The notes under the pieces: generated by a model
What the model was told of the DNA's origin: nothing
Databases searched by the model: none
Seen by the model: only the letters and a program-made list of their open reading frames with translations
Program-made: the position numbers and the translations under genes
IMG/VR virus record: IMGVR_UViG_3300012665_000938
Span: 1-58,022 of that record
Length of the DNA: 58,022 nt
From: a virus
Lineage: Duplodnaviria > Caudoviricetes
Reading direction: 5' to 3' (one strand)
In this document: positions 55,201-58,022 of the stretch, in pieces
Numbering within the stretch: the stretch's first letter is position 1
Layout: each line of letters opens with the position of its first letter

Positions 55201-55554
55201 ATGGCTCAACGAATGATAACCAGTACAGATGACCCACTATACATTAATGCTATAGTCCATCTTGCCAATCTTCTTGAAGAGAAGACATTTGGTACACCAC
55301 TAGGTGTATCGGCTGCGTGGAAAGAGAAGTTTAACGGAAGCATCTTCTGCCCTGAAGGATGCATCAATGGACGTTGTCCCGGTCATAAACTAATCGTTAA
55401 TCTTGCTGACATTCGCAAGCATCCACAGTTCAAGTTCCTTGTATACCATTCTGAGGTATATAGTAACGGCAAGACACATAATGTCATCTACTTCTATGAG
55501 GATGACGATAAGGCTGAACGACAGTTCAATGAATTGTGTAAGAGGGGCAAATGA
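55201..55554 (+). CDS. Hypothetical protein with Cys/His cluster
   Basis: CPEGCINGRCPGH; leaderless TGa-TACAAT-6-ATG. Confidence 0.75.
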   Translation: MAQRMITSTDDPLYINAIVHLANLLEEKTFGTPLGVSAAWKEKFNGSIFCPEGCINGRCPGHKLIVNLADIRKHPQFKFLVYHSEVYSNGKTHNVIYFYEDDDKAERQFNELCKRGK

Positions 55555-55760
55555 ATAGCCTGACCACACGTGAGTTGCAAGTGTTGCATTTACTGGCAGT
55601 AGATGCTTTGTCCGTAAAAGACATTGCTGAATCACTTAAAATCAGCCCACGTACGGTCCACTTTCATTTACAGAACTGTTACAAAAAGTTGGGATATGAA
55701 TTCAATGCACGTAATCAAACACGTGTAGTCATTGAATATCGAACATATGTAGGTGTATAA
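55551..55760 (+). CDS. LuxR/GerE-type HTH regulator
   Basis: LTTRELQVL.L......KDIA..L.ISPRTV.FHL.N.YKKL. Confidence 0.92.
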   Translation: MNSLTTRELQVLHLLAVDALSVKDIAESLKISPRTVHFHLQNCYKKLGYEFNARNQTRVVIEYRTYVGV

Positions 55761-55766
55761 TTAATC

Positions 55767-55842
55767 GTCTATAGTTCCCCTCCCATTACTTAGACTCCTT
55801 CCGAAAAGGTAAAGACCAGTAACCCCTTCTGCTGGTCTTTAT
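55767..55842 (+). ncRNA. Candidate small RNA C with C-rich loops
   Basis: TTGAAT-18-TATAAT upstream (55732-55761); three hairpins with loops containing TCCCCTCCC, CCGAA and AACCCCTTC. Confidence 0.5.
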
Positions 55843-55846
55843 TATT
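55811..55846. terminator. Intrinsic terminator between convergent genes
   Basis: AAAGACCAGT...GCTGGTCTTT stem followed by ATTATT. Confidence 0.8.
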
Positions 55847-55863
55847 GTCAACTTATCTGCACT

Positions 55864-56274
55864 TTATCTGCCAGTAGAACCTAGTCCACCTTTGCGTTCA
55901 CTATCCATTGTTATAGGCGTATAGATGGATGTATCACATTGTGCGAAGACTAGTTGGGCAATGCGGTCACCCACTTTGATTTCAAATGGTCTATTGCCAG
56001 CATTCTTAAGGATAACCTTGACCTCATCCTTGTAGTCCGAGTCAATGATTCCCGGTGCATTAGCAACAAACACGCAGAACTTTGCAGCCATACCTGAGCG
56101 ACTACACACCATAGCGTAGTGACCAGCAGGGATGTTCACTGATACCCCAGTGTTAATGACTCTCCAGTCACCGGGGACAATACGGTCATCGTGACAAGCA
56201 GATAAATCAAATCCTGCTGCGCCACTTGTTGCACGAATTGGAACGACTGCGTCAGGATGTCGTAGTTCAAACAT
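55864..56274 (-). CDS. dut: Trimeric dUTPase
   Basis: AAGFDL, RSG, GIIDSDY, GDRIAQL, RKGGLGSTG motifs; GGAG RBS. Confidence 0.97.
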   Translation of the reverse strand: MFELRHPDAVVPIRATSGAAGFDLSACHDDRIVPGDWRVINTGVSVNIPAGHYAMVCSRSGMAAKFCVFVANAPGIIDSDYKDEVKVILKNAGNRPFEIKVGDRIAQLVFAQCDTSIYTPITMDSERKGGLGSTGR

Positions 56275-56923
56275 TTTCCATCTCCAGTTCTTTGACTGCT
56301 TGTGCAATCAACGGAAACTCTTCCTCAAATAAAACATGAATCTTGTCTGCTAGGTCAATGTGTTCTAATTGTGTTCCATTACCACGTCTTACTTCTAAGT
56401 AATGAATCCACGAGCGAACACTGCCCTTCATAAACATACGTGTAGGAGTACATTCAGGAAGAATCATACGTGCTGTCTCTTTAGCAACACCCTTTGCTAG
56501 GAGGTAATTATATGTTTCATACACTCTGTCAAGCGTGACAGAAACAAGGTTGTCAAACTCAAGCCCATCCATTTCATTAAGTGGGACTGATTTTTGGCGG
56601 TTCTTTGGATGAGTACCACGCATAGGTGGTGCAACGAGAAGCCCTCTAAATTCTGCATATCTTTGACTAAACTCCTGAAAATCAAATGAGGCATGACGTA
56701 GTATCTGCTGACTAACTGCACGTATGGTGTGTATCTCAACAGACCATTCAGCCTGTGAAAAGATAGACCAATGCTTATTCTTGATACAGTACTTGATTAG
56801 TCGCTTGTTTTCTTCTTCAGTGCGATTGTCCTGATTGGGTGATGAAACACGAGCGCAGTAACATATTTCTTCTTCTGCATCTGGTGTTACCCACCTTGTC
56901 TTAGCAGTGTTGAAGTCAAACAT
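56267..56923 (-). CDS. thyX: FAD-dependent thymidylate synthase
   Basis: ARVSS, HWSIF, QILRHASFDFQEFSQRY, ETAR..LP, TQ.EH. Confidence 0.97.
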   Translation of the reverse strand: MFDFNTAKTRWVTPDAEEEICYCARVSSPNQDNRTEEENKRLIKYCIKNKHWSIFSQAEWSVEIHTIRAVSQQILRHASFDFQEFSQRYAEFRGLLVAPPMRGTHPKNRQKSVPLNEMDGLEFDNLVSVTLDRVYETYNYLLAKGVAKETARMILPECTPTRMFMKGSVRSWIHYLEVRRGNGTQLEHIDLADKIHVLFEEEFPLIAQAVKELEMENV

Positions 56924-56936
56924 AATATAATCCCTT

Positions 56937-57398
56937 ATGAGACCTACGTACGAATCTCAATCAGATAGAAATTGGCAGTCACTAGCCAAACAAAAGATTG
57001 AGTCTAAACTGTTCATGCTGTTCGGTGACAGTACGGTTATGGAGGAAGGACCCTTCAGTAAACACGACTTCACAATAATAGCGAATGGCTGTGAGGCAAT
57101 AGGAGAGTACAAGAGACGTACTCACAAGTTTGGCACTTATCCAGATGTAACCCTCAGTGAATCAAAGTGGAACCACCTACGAAAGTATAAAGGTTCCGCT
57201 TTTATTGTTTTTGAGTTTACGGACGGCATATATCTTGGCGATGTTACAAATATGCCTAGCCTTACGGCAAAACTGGGAGGTCGCACCCTCAGGACTAGGG
57301 ACCCCCTAGATATCCATATGTGTGTACAGATACCTATTGAATACCTAGTCCCGTTGAGGCTATGGGTTCCCCAGTTTATTCAGCAAACGGGTCAGTAA
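56937..57398 (+). CDS. Putative PD-(D/E)xK nuclease
   Basis: HDF......IGEYKRR......YP...LS..KW pattern; TATAAT 5 nt upstream of the ATG. Confidence 0.6.
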   Translation: MRPTYESQSDRNWQSLAKQKIESKLFMLFGDSTVMEEGPFSKHDFTIIANGCEAIGEYKRRTHKFGTYPDVTLSESKWNHLRKYKGSAFIVFEFTDGIYLGDVTNMPSLTAKLGGRTLRTRDPLDIHMCVQIPIEYLVPLRLWVPQFIQQTGQ

Positions 57399-57765
57399 TT
57401 TCCTCATTGAGGGAGGCTGCTTGTGCCGAAACACTCTTACTGTCTCCACCTGCCGAACGATTGCTATCCAGTGGTTGGACTGAATCAGCAACAATCTCGA
57501 ACGCTTTACGCTCGTTGTTTTCCTTGTCAGTGTACGTACGTACCTGCAAGCGACCTTGAACTGCTACAAGCCTACCTTTAGTCAAGTAGGTGCAAACAAA
57601 GTCTGCTGTCTGTCCCCACGCAGTGACATCAAAGAAATCAGATTCCTTCTCACGTCCCTTACGGTCTACTGCTAATCGGAGGTTAGCAACACCCTTACCA
57701 GTCTGCGTTTGACGATGTTGTGGGTCAGCAACAAGCCGACCAATTAGTGTGACACTATTCAGCAT
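57376..57765 (-). CDS. ssb: Single-stranded DNA-binding protein
   Basis: MLNSVTLIGRL..DP, DFFDV.AW, KG.LVAV.GRL..R.Y, acidic DPF tail. Confidence 0.97.
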   Translation of the reverse strand: MLNSVTLIGRLVADPQHRQTQTGKGVANLRLAVDRKGREKESDFFDVTAWGQTADFVCTYLTKGRLVAVQGRLQVRTYTDKENNERKAFEIVADSVQPLDSNRSAGGDSKSVSAQAASLNEEITDPFAE

Positions 57766-58022
57766 CAGTAGTACCCGGAAGGGTGTGCTGTACTTCCACA
57801 CCAGATGGCTCTACATTTTTGTAATGCATAGTGACGATGTTTTGGCGAATAACGATATCAGCCAAAGAAAGAAGCCACTTAGCAGGTACACGAAGTCCAG
57901 CATCCTTAATAAGTTGGCTGATGTACACCCACGAGTCATTAAGAGCCATCGCCGGATAGTCCACGCCATCCGTTGAAACACTGACCATAACATTGCCATT
58001 GATTGAAGGTACAAGCGTAACT
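57755..58022 (-). CDS. 3' part of the junction-spanning hypothetical gene
   Basis: The frame stays open to the window end and joins 1..47. Confidence 0.8.
   Translation of the reverse strand, partial: VTLVPSINGNVMVSVSTDGVDYPAMALNDSWVYISQLIKDAGLRVPAKWLLSLADIVIRQNIVTMHYKNVEPSGVEVQHTLPGTTDAE

Noticed and set aside
1-58022. Stop-codon reassignment or diversity-generating retroelement
   Set aside because: Genes tile densely under the standard code with all three stops used; no suppressor tRNA, RT or TR/VR pair was seen.

Overview
The window looks like a complete ~58 kb dsDNA tailed-phage genome with podovirus-like architecture: no tape-measure gene, three ejected-type proteins, and one of them 3,799 aa long. 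The last 9 nt repeat the first 9 nt, and joining the ends restores one continuous gene. The plus strand (~3.1-18.8 kb) carries a dense early region of small genes behind repeated promoter/RBS cassettes. It is followed by recombination and lambda-type replication genes (VRR-NUC, ERF, Gam-like, HTH initiator with iterons, loader, DnaB). The minus strand (~18.9-52 kb) carries terminase, portal, scaffold, capsid, adaptors, holin, tail proteins, ejected proteins and a CHAP endolysin. The ends hold ThyX, dUTPase, SSB, HNH, a tRNA-Asn and several basic proteins. I recognised no DNA polymerase, RNA polymerase, integrase or methyltransferase. The most unusual signals are non-coding: (1) a ~550-nt structured RNA with nested long-range helices at ~2.56-3.1 kb; (2) several promoter-to-terminator small RNAs, one exposing loops complementary to the phage's own early-gene RBS motifs and two sharing a CAGCCAC loop; (3) a stand-alone inverted copy of the replication iteron array ~15 kb from the initiator; (4) a shared palindromic operator in the early promoters. 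All protein calls come from motif recognition by eye, not database searches.
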